Below are positions 12,313 through 24,975 of a stretch of 64,000 nt of DNA, piece by piece (the stretch's first letter is position 1; each line of letters begins with the position of its first letter). Both the position numbers and the translations under genes were made by a program. The notes beneath the pieces were generated by a model. It saw only the letters and a list, made by a program, of their open reading frames with translations. It ran no database searches and was not told where the DNA came from. The DNA comes from Eledone cirrhosa (Eukaryota): contig OZ024741.1 in NCBI GenBank assembly GCA_964016885.1, positions 235,352,001 through 235,416,000 on the forward strand. Reading direction: 5' to 3'.

Positions 12313-12642
12313 TCATCATTTTTACGTCCACTTTTCCCTGCTTGCAAGGGTGGGACGGGAACTGATTCTGGCTTGATTTCTACAGCTGGATGCCCTTCCT
12401 AACACCCACCTCATTTACAGTGAGTGCTGGGTGCTTTTTTGCCGTGGCACCTCCACGACCACTTTGCAGTGGAATGATATGAACCCCAGTCCCTATCATC
12501 TCATTTCTACAGCTGAGTAAACTGGAGCAATGTGAAATAAAGTGTCTTGCTCAAGGAAACAACACATCACCCGGTCTGAGAATTGAACTCACAACCTTTC
12601 GATTGCAAGGCCAATGATCTAACCACTAAGCCATGTGCCTCC
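12313..12642 (-). mobile_element. tRNA-headed CORE-like SINE with RTE tail, family A
   Basis: GGAGGCACATGGCTTAGTGG head, GAGTTCAATTC B box, CCTTGAGCAAGACACTT core, RTE-like end CCCACCCTTGCAAGCAGGGAAAA. Confidence 0.9.
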
Positions 12643-13069
12643 ATATATATATATATATATACAGACAGACACACACATATATATATGCATATCTCCAGTA
12701 GCAGAGTTATAGTCCCTAATAAAAAGATGCAAGTCAAATCTAACTGAAATACAGATTTCAAACTAATTGCCTCTCATTGACATTTACTTTAAGTGAGTTT
12801 TTTTATGTCAGTCATACTCTACCAATAATTTCTATTTCCATGCTGGCATGAGTTGGACAAGTCTATCCACTCAGAATACTTTATCTACATCTAGTACACA
12901 CAGCAAAAGAAACAAGCTTTACTAGTATGTCTTACTTTTTTTATTAGTATGTTAGCTCTATGTCATTATCATCAAAAGACTAAGATTAGAATGCAGCATA
13001 CATACGTAATATATGCATCTGGTTGTGCAACAAAAACTCACTGAAAATACTAGTGCTAATAACAATAAC

Positions 13070-13215
13070 AATGGTTTCTGATTTAGGCACAAGGTCAACA
13101 ATTTTGGGGAGCTGAAAGTCGATTAAATCAACCCCAGTGCATTACTGGTACTTCGTTTCATTGACCCTGCAATGATGAAAAGCAAAGTTGATCTCGGCAG
13201 GATTTGAACTCAGAA
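13070..13215 (-). mobile_element. SINE family B fragment
   Basis: AGGCACAAGG...CTGGTACTT...ATGAAAAGCAAAGTTGATCTCGGCAGGATTTGAACTC. Confidence 0.75.
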
Positions 13216-13914
13216 AATAATAGAAATGATTAAAAAAAATAATAATAAACATCAAAATTAAATGTAAGCCAATAACTTTTGAACACAATTTCATTTTTCA
13301 TTTTTTTTTTGACAAACTGTTTTTAATAATCGTTAATTACAGTTACATAATAATAATAGTAATAATATTAATATCAATAATAATAATAATGATAATGATG
13401 ATAACACTAACAAAAAATAAATAAAAACAACAAACAAAGTGTTAGGTGGTTAATACTTGTAATAAACAAGGGATGAAATCAAAAGCAAATAAGGGTTTAC
13501 CATGGGGAATATTTAAAACAAGGTTATGTATGTTTAGTGGTGGTGGTAGTGATATAATGGGGATAGAGTTCGTTACCTTGAGTTTGTAGAGGCAGCAGGA
13601 TGGTGAGGGTTGAAACAAATACCACAAGGTGAATAAATAAATAGAAACACAACAAGAGTAAAATTTAAAAAAAAAACCTGAAAAAATGTCAAACAAGTTC
13701 CCTTGTCTGTCTTCATCATCATTTTAGAATGTGAGGGATGGGGAATAGGGGAAGGGAAAAAAAGGGTCACACAATATACACACACACACACACACATTTA
13801 GGTATTGTGTACATGTATGAGTAAAATATGTTTAGTGTGTAAGGAAATAGGCATCTTTCACAGAAACGCACTCACTTAACATTCACATAAAAATCCTTAC
13901 ATACATACATGTGT

Positions 13915-13965
<51 letters not shown>

Positions 13966-14529
13966 TGCACAGAATACATGTATACACACCTATATATCTA
14001 TATATATAGGAAATTAAGTAAATGGATCTACCATCAATTTCATCAGAGAAATATAGATTAACTGAACTACCTACTTGTTGAATTAACATGCATGAGGCTG
14101 AATATTCCACAGATGTATTCTTCAGGTAGGATCAGTATGAAATAGTATGTCTGACAATTTAAGGGTAAACCTTTGAATTAGGTCTAACCTTAAATTACAC
14201 AAACACTAAATGTAAATATACACACACATTATATATATATATATAATGTGTTTTTATCTACCCAATTTTACTCACAAGTCTAGGGTTGGCTCAAGGCTAT
14301 AATAAACAACATTTAACCAAGATACCATGCTGTGGAATTGAACCCATTATTGCAAAGCAAACGACTTAACCATTGGCCATGGTGCATCCACATATACAGG
14401 CATTATATGTGTGTGTGTATGTGTGTATTAGTGGAGCAATGTTACACATGGCACAGAGTTAATTATACAAATGTTTGAAAGAAAAACAAAAGTTTTAAAA
14501 TGAGATGGGATTTTTAAAATTTGAAACTA

Positions 14530-14632
<103 letters not shown>

Positions 14633-14669
14633 AATATACATAAACATATTATAAAGAACAAATAATAAT

Positions 14670-15230
14670 AATAATGTTGCAAAGGGAATTTTGATCTTGC
14701 CATACTAGCAGATCAATCCACAACATTTTCTGAGAAGCCCAAAGTTCTGAAGAAAGAGTGAAATGGTGCTGGTAATAGATATCCTCAAACTACCTCTCTA
14801 CTCACTGCAGAGTTGGCCACCTGTAAGAATGAGCCCTGGAAGTTAAAACACCTATTTCTATGCATTTCCCCTCTATCCTCTGGGGTAATCCTTTCTCCAT
14901 TCTGTCTGCTAGGTCCATGAGGCAGCTTGCCCCTGGGTTTCAGCATGTCAGGGAAAGTTCTCCCACATTATCCAAGTGTGTATCACTGGGGCAGCGATGG
15001 TATACATTGCTGATATCTACGACATTTGTTGACATTTCTTCTCAAACTTACAACTAGCAATACACTATACTGTCAACAAGACAGACATTATCACTGTGGC
15101 TTGTGTATCAAGAATAGTGAGAGCAAGGTGGGGGAAAGGTTTCTGGTTAACAACACACAGCAATCAGTGTTAGCTACATGTGGCCTAATGCCTCATGTGA
15201 GCTTAGTGACAACACTACCAAACAGCTGCA
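14670..15230 (-). mobile_element. Possible highly decayed non-LTR retrotransposon 3' end
   Basis: High-complexity island between (AAT)n and (GTT)n tracts with only a faint resemblance to a zinc-knuckle/restriction-like endonuclease region. Confidence 0.25.
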
Positions 15231-16644
15231 ATTAAGAAGGCTGTTGTTGTTGTTGTTGTGGTTGCTACTGCTGATACAAAGTTGATTTTATGCAGGTGGT
15301 AAACAGAGATAACCACAACACCCAAACTTCACTGTACCACACATGGAGATAAGAAACAATGAAACATGGCAATCTTCAAACTTGACAAAAGTTTGGTTAC
15401 ATTTTCTTGCAATGAGGGAAGGAGCCATTACAATAAAATTGTAAGTGCAAGTACTAACTCACAACTTGACACAGTGTTGCTGTTTTTTTGCATTAGCAAA
15501 ATGCCAATGGCATTTGCAGCCATTTCATAAACATGACAAATATTAGCAATGTCAACTGAATAACTCTCATAACTGTACACAATTATTTGCAACATTTGCA
15601 GTAATTTTATATGGGTAGTTAGCATTAGCAACAACTGAGTTTTTCTCACAGTTTGCACACACATGTTAACATTTGTAGCCATTTCATAATGGTAGTACAT
15701 GGTAACAAGAAACTGAGTCACTCTCACAACTGTACATGGCCATTAGCAACGACGACCATGTGTGTGTGTATGTCTGTTTAATCGGTAGCACTCTTAATAA
15801 CAGTGAAAGTACTGAATATTTCCAAGTACATTTGCAACAATCATCAGAACATTGGTGCAACATCTCAAATATATATGGTGGTGATGGTGGAGATGACAAT
15901 GATGTGTGTGTATGTGTGTGGTGGGGACAGGGGGGGTCTGCTGGTTGTGGTTGTAGTGGTGCAGAATTTCACAAGTATTAGCAACTGTGACTCCTGCTTA
16001 ATAATATATATGGCAGGCAGTGATAACAACAACAATGTCAAAAACAACAGTAGTAGAAGTGATAATAGTGGTGGTGGCAGGTGATAATAACAGCATTAGT
16101 AGTAATAGTAGTAGCAGTGGTGGTGGTGGTAGTGAAATTGTGACAGACTTTAACAGTAACACTCTGGTTTATGTTTATGTTGTCGATGCATAAACTAAAC
16201 AAAAAAAAGGGAAAATATACTATCCACACACACACATATATACATATACATATATATATGTGCATGCACACACACACATACACATACATGTATATATTTT
16301 TCATAGGCAGGTCATTGCAAGAAGAGAGAAAGCAATGAGAAAATGTTTTTAAAAAAATAGAAAAAGAAAAAAAGCTTGAAAAACACAGAAATAATTAAAA
16401 AAATAATAACAATAAATTAAATAATTGATGAAAAAAAAGGAGAGAAGAAAATAAAAAAATCTGTTAAGAAAATATTCTTTCTGATTTAAGCCGAAAGGTG
16501 ACAGTTGTGATTGTGAGACATTCATGCCGTTCTGAAAGGTAGTAGAATTTGACAGGGTCAGTGCTGCCATTAAACACACATACCTCTTGTTCTACAGTCT
16601 TACCTCCCCATAGCTGCATAATAATTATGATAATAATAATAATA

Positions 16645-17975
16645 ATGGTTTCTAATTTAGGCACAAGGCCAACAATATTTGAGGAGAGGAGAAAGTAGAT
16701 TGAATCGACTCCAGTATTTGACTAGTACTTTATTTCATCAACACCAGAAGGACAAAAGGCAAAGTTGACTTTTGCAGGATTTGAACTTAGAACAAAAGGA
16801 ACCGAAACAAATATACTGCCAGGGTGTTTTGTCTGAGGCTCTAATAATTCTGCCAATCAACTGTCCTAATAATGATAACAATAACAACAGTGGTTTATCC
16901 AAGAGTGACACCTTTGTGTCAGATGTGAGAGCAAATGGAAAGATCTAGCTTTTGTGCTTTTGTGAGGACATCAGTGACCTAAATGGTCCTGAGAGTTAAA
17001 CCTGCTGTGAGAGTGAGCCCAATTTGACCATAAATCTTTCATCATACAGCCCTGAAATACACATAGTATCTACCTATCATAATAATAAAATCATTTCTTT
17101 TATATAATGAATTAGAGTTATCATTTCACACCAGTTTTTCCATGTTTGCACAGGTTGAACAAAGCCAGGAGTTTATCCCAGTTCCATGGACTATTATGTG
17201 CCTGAGAAAACAAGACTTCATCCTGGATGGGTTGTCAGTCCATCAGAGTTAACTCCATCTGCTGCTGATACTCAATTTCAGTTGAGTGAACTGGCGCAAT
17301 GTAAAATGAAGCGCTTTGTTGAAGGATACAACACCAAACCTAGTCTGGGGATCAAACTCATGACCTTATATGACTGGGAGCCTAACACTAATTGCTAGGC
17401 CACATGTCTTCACTCTTCATATAATAATTATTTCTAATATAGGCACATGCCAAAAATTTAAGGGAAGTGTTTTGTTGATTATATTGACACCAATTCTTGA
17501 CTGGCACTTTATTTTATCAACAAAGGAAGGGGGAAAGGCAAAGTTGACCTTATGGGGATTTGAACTAAGAATGTAAAGACCCGTAACTAAGTATTTGCTA
17601 TACATTTTGTCTGATGCTCTACTAACTCCGCCAATCCACCCCTGTTATAATAATAATGATAATAATAATAATAATGATTTATTTATTTATAATAATGATA
17701 CATTATATAGGCACAAGGTCTCAGATTTAGAAAGACTGAAAGTGTGTGACATTCATGCTTTGCTCAATGATGATGATGATGATGATGATGACAATAATAA
17801 TAATAATAATGATTTCTACTATAGGCACAAGGCCAGCAATTTGGGGGAAGTGGAAAGTCGATTATATTGACCCCAGTACTTAACTGGTACTTCATTTTAT
17901 TGACCCCGCAAAGTCAAAAGGTAAAGTTGACCGTGGCGAGATTTGAACTGATATTATAAAAGGACTTAACTAATA
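16645..17975 (-). mobile_element. SINE cluster: family B at ~16645-16870, ~17430-17645, ~17810-17975; old family A-like copy at ~17140-17410
   Basis: Repeated GGCACAAGGCC...GTACTTTATTTT...AAAGGCAAAGTTGAC...ATTTGAACT motifs, each next to (AAT)n. Confidence 0.8.
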
Positions 17976-18324
17976 ATTGTATTAAAAGAAAAAAGAAAAA
18001 ACAGACAAAGTTAATGTGTGGAAAATACTTGAAAAATATGTCCCACTTTTTGTTGTCCTCCATAGAGTATTTCTGCAAAGGCACTGTGAGGGGTCGACCC
18101 CCATAAGGAGGAAGGGAAAGATGTAGAAATCATGGGAGAGCTTGCTAACTTCAGTTGCCCTGGTTACAGACAGTTAGTTTTGGTAGTGGTGGTGGGGGTT
18201 GGGAAGAGGGTAACTGAAGAATTTTTGTTTGACTGAAGGAGAGGAGGAAGAAAATTACATGCTGGCAGTGGTGGTGGTGGGAAAAGCAGAGATTCCATGG
18301 TGGTGGTCATAGTAGGACTGCTCT

Positions 18325-18357
<33 letters not shown>

Positions 18358-19419
18358 GACCTTTGTTTTTTAGTTGAGTTTTATCCCACATGTGAGTGAC
18401 CATGATGTATGCATGTGTGTGTGTGTGTATTATAACCATATTGCTTCATCATAATAGTTGTATAGCCCCAGATCAACCCTGATAGAGCAGAATATGGTGA
18501 AAGACATTTCAGTCATGACCATCCAGGCTTTTATTTTTAAAAAATATTTTCTTGGAGGGGGGAACAGATGAGGGATTCTAGGAATACATTACTTAATGTG
18601 TGATTTTTCCTTAATTTTCACGATTGTGGTGTGATTTGAGGGAGAATTAGCTGTTATTTCTAGCCAGTTGAGCAACCGTACAGGAGAGGGGCTCATCCCT
18701 CATTAATGCATCACATCATCACAGAAGTTATTTATCATGGAGTGAGGTGTGGTGGAAACTAGCAGGATGATACACAACAATGGTAATTGGACACAAGGGA
18801 TCATTTTCTTACTGGGAGGAGACCAGACATACAGACAGTCAGTTTGAAGCAAACTTCGGATCACCACCACCACCACCACCACCAGTATTTATTTTACTAA
18901 TAACTCCCTCCACATCATCATCTCACACTCCATCCTGTCACGAAACACCAAAGTTCAAAGTTGATTACAGATATAAATGGATGTGAGGACTGTGGCTACA
19001 AAGTGTCTCCAGCAAAATGTGACCCCCACCCCCATCCCCCAAAGAAACAGGCATGGATCTGCTGTGGAATCGGCAGCAATTAATCTATAAGACAGTTTAG
19101 TAATTTCATTAATATTTTGAGCAGTAGACAAAATCCATTGCCCAGTTTAACACTGCAACCTGAACCTAGGGTGCCTTTAATAGAGTCCAATTGGCTGTAA
19201 AATACTCAGGCCAGGTTTCTGAGGTTTGAGGATGCCTTCCTCCTACCAGTTTCAGAGACCCCTGAAAAGGATCATGGACACTGCCGTTCCTTCCCTGACT
19301 AAACACTAAAAGAAAAATTCTGCACGTAAGAAATCAAATTAATAAATTCTTTTACAAATTTGTTGAAGTTAATTATCAAATTTCACTTGCCTAATTTACA
19401 CACCAGCACCACTATAATA

Positions 19420-19859
19420 ATGGTTTCTTATATAGGCACAAGGCCAGCAATTTTTGGGGGGAGGGGAAAGTCGATTAAATCGACACCAGTGCGTGACTGG
19501 TACTTTATTTTATTGACCCCGTAAGGATGAAAAGCAAAGTGAACCTCAGCGGTATTTGGACTCAGACCATAAAGGGCCGTAACTTTTTGCTGCACAGCAT
19601 GGTGTCCGACCCTCTACCGATACTGCCAATCCACCGCCCTTTAATATAATAATAATAATAATAATAATTGTTTCTACTTTTGGCACAAGGCCAGCAATTA
19701 CCCAGTACATTACTGGTACTTTATTTTATCGACCCCGTAAGGATGAAAGGCAAAGTCAACCTCGGCAGGGTTTGACTTCAGAATGGCAAGGGCCGTAACT
19801 CTATGCGTCAAAGCATGGCGTCCGACCCCCTATCGATACTGCCAATCCACCGCCCTTTA

Positions 19860-19893
<34 letters not shown>

Positions 19894-20600
19894 TGTTTCT
19901 ACTTTTGGCACAAGGCCATCAATTACCCAATAATAATAATAATGATAATGATAATGGCTTCTAATTTAGAAACAAGGCCAGCAATTTAGGAGTAGTGTAG
20001 GGTGGAACATTTCATTATAGACCCTTATACTTCACTGGTATTTTATTTTATCAACCTCCAGTAGGAAGGATGAAAGGCAAAGTTGATCTTGGCAAGATTT
20101 GAATTGAGAACATAAACAGTTGCAACTAATACTGCAACGTATTTCATTCGGTGCTCTAATAATTCTACAAATCCACCACCTTAAAAGAGAAATGATTTAA
20201 AATTTTGACAAAAGGTCACAAAATTCATCAAAAAGGAAATAGTGTTGATTAAATTAACCCTAATACATCACTGGCATTTATTTTTTTCGAAACACCCCCC
20301 CCCCCCCCCTCTTCCCCACATCACCAGAATCTCACCTAGTGTGACTTGAACCATGGACATGAAAATGTATTGGCAAAGCAGTCCAAAGATGTTTTTATTC
20401 CATCCACAGTAGTGGTGGTGGTGGTGGTGGTGGTGGTGGGGTGATTGGAAAGGTTGAGTCAATTATATCTTCCTCCAGCCACCTGGACAATATTAGTGAA
20501 GTAAAGGGAAAATAGCTTTAGTTAGTTGCAAATGAAACTCCAGGTTGTGTGTGACTTGAACTCACAGCCACCATTCCACTGCATCAGCTACAATAATGGA

Positions 20601-20641
<41 letters not shown>

Positions 20642-21212
20642 GTTTTCAATTTAGGCACATGGCCAGCAATTTGTGGGGAAGGGGGATGGGGAGGGGGGGA
20701 GGGGGCTGATTAAATCGACTCCAGTATATCAAACTTGGAAGGATGAAAGGCAAAGTTGGACCCGGCAGGATTTGCACTCAGAATGTAAAGAGCCGGTATA
20801 AATACGGTAATAATAGTCATTCCTAGTAAGCACAAGACCTTAAATTTGGGAGAGGGCAGGAGTAGCCAATTAAAATGATCCTAGTACTTTACTGGTACTT
20901 TATTTTATAAACCCCAAAAAGGATGAAAAGAAAAATTGGTTTCAGAAGGTAAAGAGCTGCAACAAGTACAGTGATGCATTTCGTCCAATGCTTAAAATGA
21001 CTGCCAATCAACATCCCTAATAACTGTTTCTACTTTTGGCACAAGGCCAGCAATTACCCAGTGCATTACTGGTACTTTATTTTATCGACCCCGTAAGGAT
21101 GAAAGGCAAAGTTAACCTCGGCGGGATTTGAACTCAGACCATAAAGAGCTGTAACTCTTTGCTGCAAAGCATGGCGTTCGGCTCTCTACCGATACTGCCA
21201 ATCCACCGCCCT
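19420..21212 (-). mobile_element. Dense co-oriented cluster of SINE family B copies
   Basis: Copies at ~19420-19640, 19668-19856, 19892-19929, 19955-20181, 20640-20810, 20820-21018 and 21025-21212, mostly separated by (AAT)n. Confidence 0.88.
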
Positions 21213-21344
21213 TATAATACATGGTTTTTGTACTTTCTATCACTAATATTCCACTTCAGACCATTACAAACTTTCTCTCTCTCTCTCTATATATATATAT
21301 ACATATATACACATATACACACACACACACATATATACACACAT

Positions 21345-21426
<82 letters not shown>

Positions 21427-21573
21427 GTATATGTTTATGTGTGTGTATGTGTGTTTTAATAAGCCTGAAGTAAATTTATTCAATTTCTTACAACATGGTC
21501 ACAAAGTTCCAGCAAGGCATGTGTTTGCTTAAGCTTCATCAGAGAAAACTCAGGCTCTAAGAACATGATATAA

Positions 21574-21639
<66 letters not shown>

Positions 21640-21870
21640 TAGTCTGCTATAAATATTGAGTTCTTCCTCTTTTCTGTGCTACTTAGGTTTCATGGCCAAG
21701 CTCATATTGCAAATGCAGTAAAATTTTGCCCTTCACAATTCAAAATCATTTTGAATTTTGATGTCTAAACAAAGGTAGGATTTGTAATCTGAGTCAGTTC
21801 TTCATATATATATATATAGAGTGCTCTTTTCCTTCCTGTTGGCTCTCTGGCTATATATATATATATATAT

Positions 21871-22286
21871 ACAAGGATGATTGGTTACTCTTTCATTGTT
21901 TATTGGTTAGTGACGCGCGTTTCGCCACTGATCAGCTCAAGGTTCGATCTGTATCAATCAAAACAAACTTCACTGACCACCATAGGAACATCAGACTTTC
22001 TCATACGGCATGTATATTCATTTTTCCATTACCATTATAAGGGGTCTGACGAGCCGCGGATTACAGAGTCGGGATAGATCGATACAGATCGAACCTTGAG
22101 CTCTTCAGTGGCGAAACGCGCGTCACCAACCAATAAACGTAATGAAGGAGTAACCAATCGTCCTTGTTATTTTATTTCACTATAATACACTCTGTCTAGC
22201 TCTACACCTTGACACTGAAGCGATCCTAAACATCGAGTGCTCACCCGGGTGAACCTACAGTAACTGCAAGTTACACTCTCTGGATA
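21871..22286 (+). mobile_element. Non-coding PLE-type insert with inverted arm, hammerhead and structured tail
   Basis: 21871-21959 is inverted against 22077-22167; tail 22200-22286 matches the reverse complement of 54061-54147; flanked by (TA)n. Confidence 0.8.
22041..22127 (+). ncRNA. Type I hammerhead ribozyme
   Basis: Stem I GGT/ACC, CTGACGA 22046-22052, stem II GCCGC/GTGGC, GAAA 22113-22116, palindromic CGCGCG stem III, GTC triplet 22122-22124. Confidence 0.8.
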
Positions 22287-22306
22287 TATATATATGTGTA
22301 TATGTC

Positions 22307-22459
<153 letters not shown>

Positions 22460-22732
22460 GTAAAAGTACTGGTGGTGGCCTGCCTCAACCAAAATTATAT
22501 TCTATTGTAAGTCATCAATTTTAATAAATTCATATGTCATGAGGTGAAAGGGATCTGACATTTTGGTGCGTGTCCATTCAACTGAAAGGGAGAGTTTGAA
22601 AATTTCTCTCCTATAATAAAAGACAGTCCCCAAACATCATATTTGGCTTTTCCACAAGGCATATAACTTTATCTAATTCACAAACTTTGTGTGAATGTGT
22701 GTGTATGTGTGCGTATATGTAAACACACATTC

Positions 22733-22773
<41 letters not shown>

Positions 22774-23140
22774 TACATATGCATACAAAGATATACTAAT
22801 ACAAGGATATGAATTATGTTAATTCATGCATCCTCTTTTACATGTGTATGTATTTATGTGTGTTCATGTATGTAATAACATGGGTATAAGAATGATCATT
22901 ATTTATCATTATTATTTGTATTATTATTATTATGACCATAACTTATTGTACCATGTTGAGTCATGTGTGTTCTTATGCAATGTCTGGGGCGGGGACAATT
23001 ATTATCATTAGTGTTATTATTATTATCAATATTATGAGCCTAGTTCATCACATTGAGTTTTGTGTGTTGTTATATAGTCTTGGGAGTGATTATGATTATT
23101 GTTATTATTATTATTATCATTATTATGGCCATAGCCTAGT

Positions 23141-24011
23141 TCACCATGTTGAGTCTCGTGTGTTGTTACGTACAGTCTGGGGCACATTGAGGCATGTCGA
23201 GGCATACATCTGTATTGTAGGAAAGATCTGTGTAGTTGCTGGTGAGATTTCAATGGTTGAAGGGAACACAGGCATGGCTGTGGCTGTTGAGCCCAGTTTT
23301 GCAATGGCTGTGTGGTAGATCTGTTGGGTCTTCGAGTTAGTCAAGCTCTGTACATTGCTGACTGGTACGACAACGGTTCCACTCTCACCAGTGATTGGAG
23401 TCATTTGTTGCGTTACAGTTAAGATGTTTGCTTCATTGGTGTTGATGTCCTTAGTGTCAATGGGTTGTTGTTGTTGCTGTTGCTGTTGTTGATGTTGGGG
23501 AATGCAGTTTAGTTTACGTTCACCATCCTTGTTGCGTTGATGCTTCAACAAATGGTCCTTACGTGCAAACATGAAGCCACACACCTCACATTTGTACGGC
23601 CGTTCCCCCGTATGGATACGACTGTGGACAGTCAAGTAGGATTTCCGAGAGAAGCATTTTCCACAGTCCTTGCAGTTAAACTGCTTGATGTCTGTATGCG
23701 TGCTCTTGTGGCGCTCAAGGTTGTCGCGTCGGGCAAAAGCTCTGTTGCAAAATTCACATTTGAATGACACGGATGCACCAGTCCTACCCGAGGCCTTGCT
23801 GTTGGTTGTCACAGGAGTGGTGTTGCTGACAGTTGCAGTCCCACTGCTACTGCACATTACTGCATGTTGTACTGATGCAAAAGGCTTTGGCTGTTCAATG
23901 GTTGTGCAGTTTTGAAACTGTATTGGTGTCTCAATTTGTTCTCCAATCACCATCTTTGTTATTCCACTACAATCAGTGATAATATGTTGTTGTTGTTGCT
24001 GTTGCTGCTGC

Positions 24012-24043
<32 letters not shown>

Positions 24044-24068
24044 CTGCTGTGCTTGCTGTGGTTGTTGC

Positions 24069-24099
<31 letters not shown>

Positions 24100-24838
24100 G
24101 CGGTGATTCTTGTATCTGTTGCACTTGCTGCACCTGCTGTTGGTCTTGCTGTTGTGCAGCTTCAATGCAACATTGTGAGCCACCACAAGAAGTATTGCAC
24201 ATTGTGCAGTCAGTGTAAGTGGTGTTCTTCTGGTCACTGTCAATGTTTTCCCCAATGCTGTTAATTATAATGTTGTTACATTTTAGTTCCTGGCCATCCA
24301 TCTGTACCTGAATATTGAGTTGTTGGGGTTGAAGTTCCCCTGGGTTAGCGTGTGTGTACACCGTCTGGCTGCCATCACTGGCTGTTGTCACATAGACAGT
24401 TGTTACAGGTTCTTCTCCATGCTGTTTCCTCCTGTGTCGGACAAGGTGGTCACCACGGTAAAAAGCACAGCCACAAACATTACACTGGTATGGTCGCTTG
24501 CCTGTGTGTATCCGCTCGTGAACAGTCAAATAGGAACGTCGGGAGAAAGCCTTACCACACACCTCGCACTTGAACAGCTTCAGACCTTGATGGCCGCGGA
24601 TGTGTATGACGAGGTGGTCATTTCTGGAGAAGGCATGGCCACAGATATTGCAGCCAAATGGTCTCTCCCCGGTGTGGATCCTTTTGTGTAGTTTTAGATA
24701 GGACTTCTGTGAATATGCTCGGCCACACAAATCACACGGAAACATTTCTCGGTGTAGGTGCCGATTCTTATGCCGTTCCATGTTGTCGCGGCGAGAGAAA
24801 ACTTTGCCACAAACATCACACATTGGAGGTTTTTTCAT
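23141..24838 (-). CDS. C2H2 zinc-finger transcription factor, 565 aa, 5+3 fingers separated by polyQ, single coding exon
   Basis: Intact ORF with eight C-x2-C-x12-H fingers and TGERP/TGKRP linkers; in-frame TAA upstream of the ATG. Confidence 0.96.
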
Positions 24839-24934
24839 CTTGCTTGTTGGCTGGTTGTTTGATGCAGACAGAATGAGATAAATCGATGCTGGTCTGGCTT
24901 AGCTGAACAACAATGACAACACAGATAATCTGTT

Positions 24935-24975
24935 CTGAAATATGTTTTAGGAAAAAACAAAAAAAAAATACAGTT
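24935..24975 (-). promoter_or_regulatory. Probable 3' splice acceptor upstream of the ZNF coding exon
   Basis: Minus strand reads poly-T tract...CCTAAAACATATTTCAG|AACAG, 96 nt before the ATG. Confidence 0.65.

Noticed and set aside
23537-24876. Plus-strand ORFs including poly-Cys and poly-Leu
   Set aside because: Antisense shadows of the ZNF and its CAA/CAG tract.
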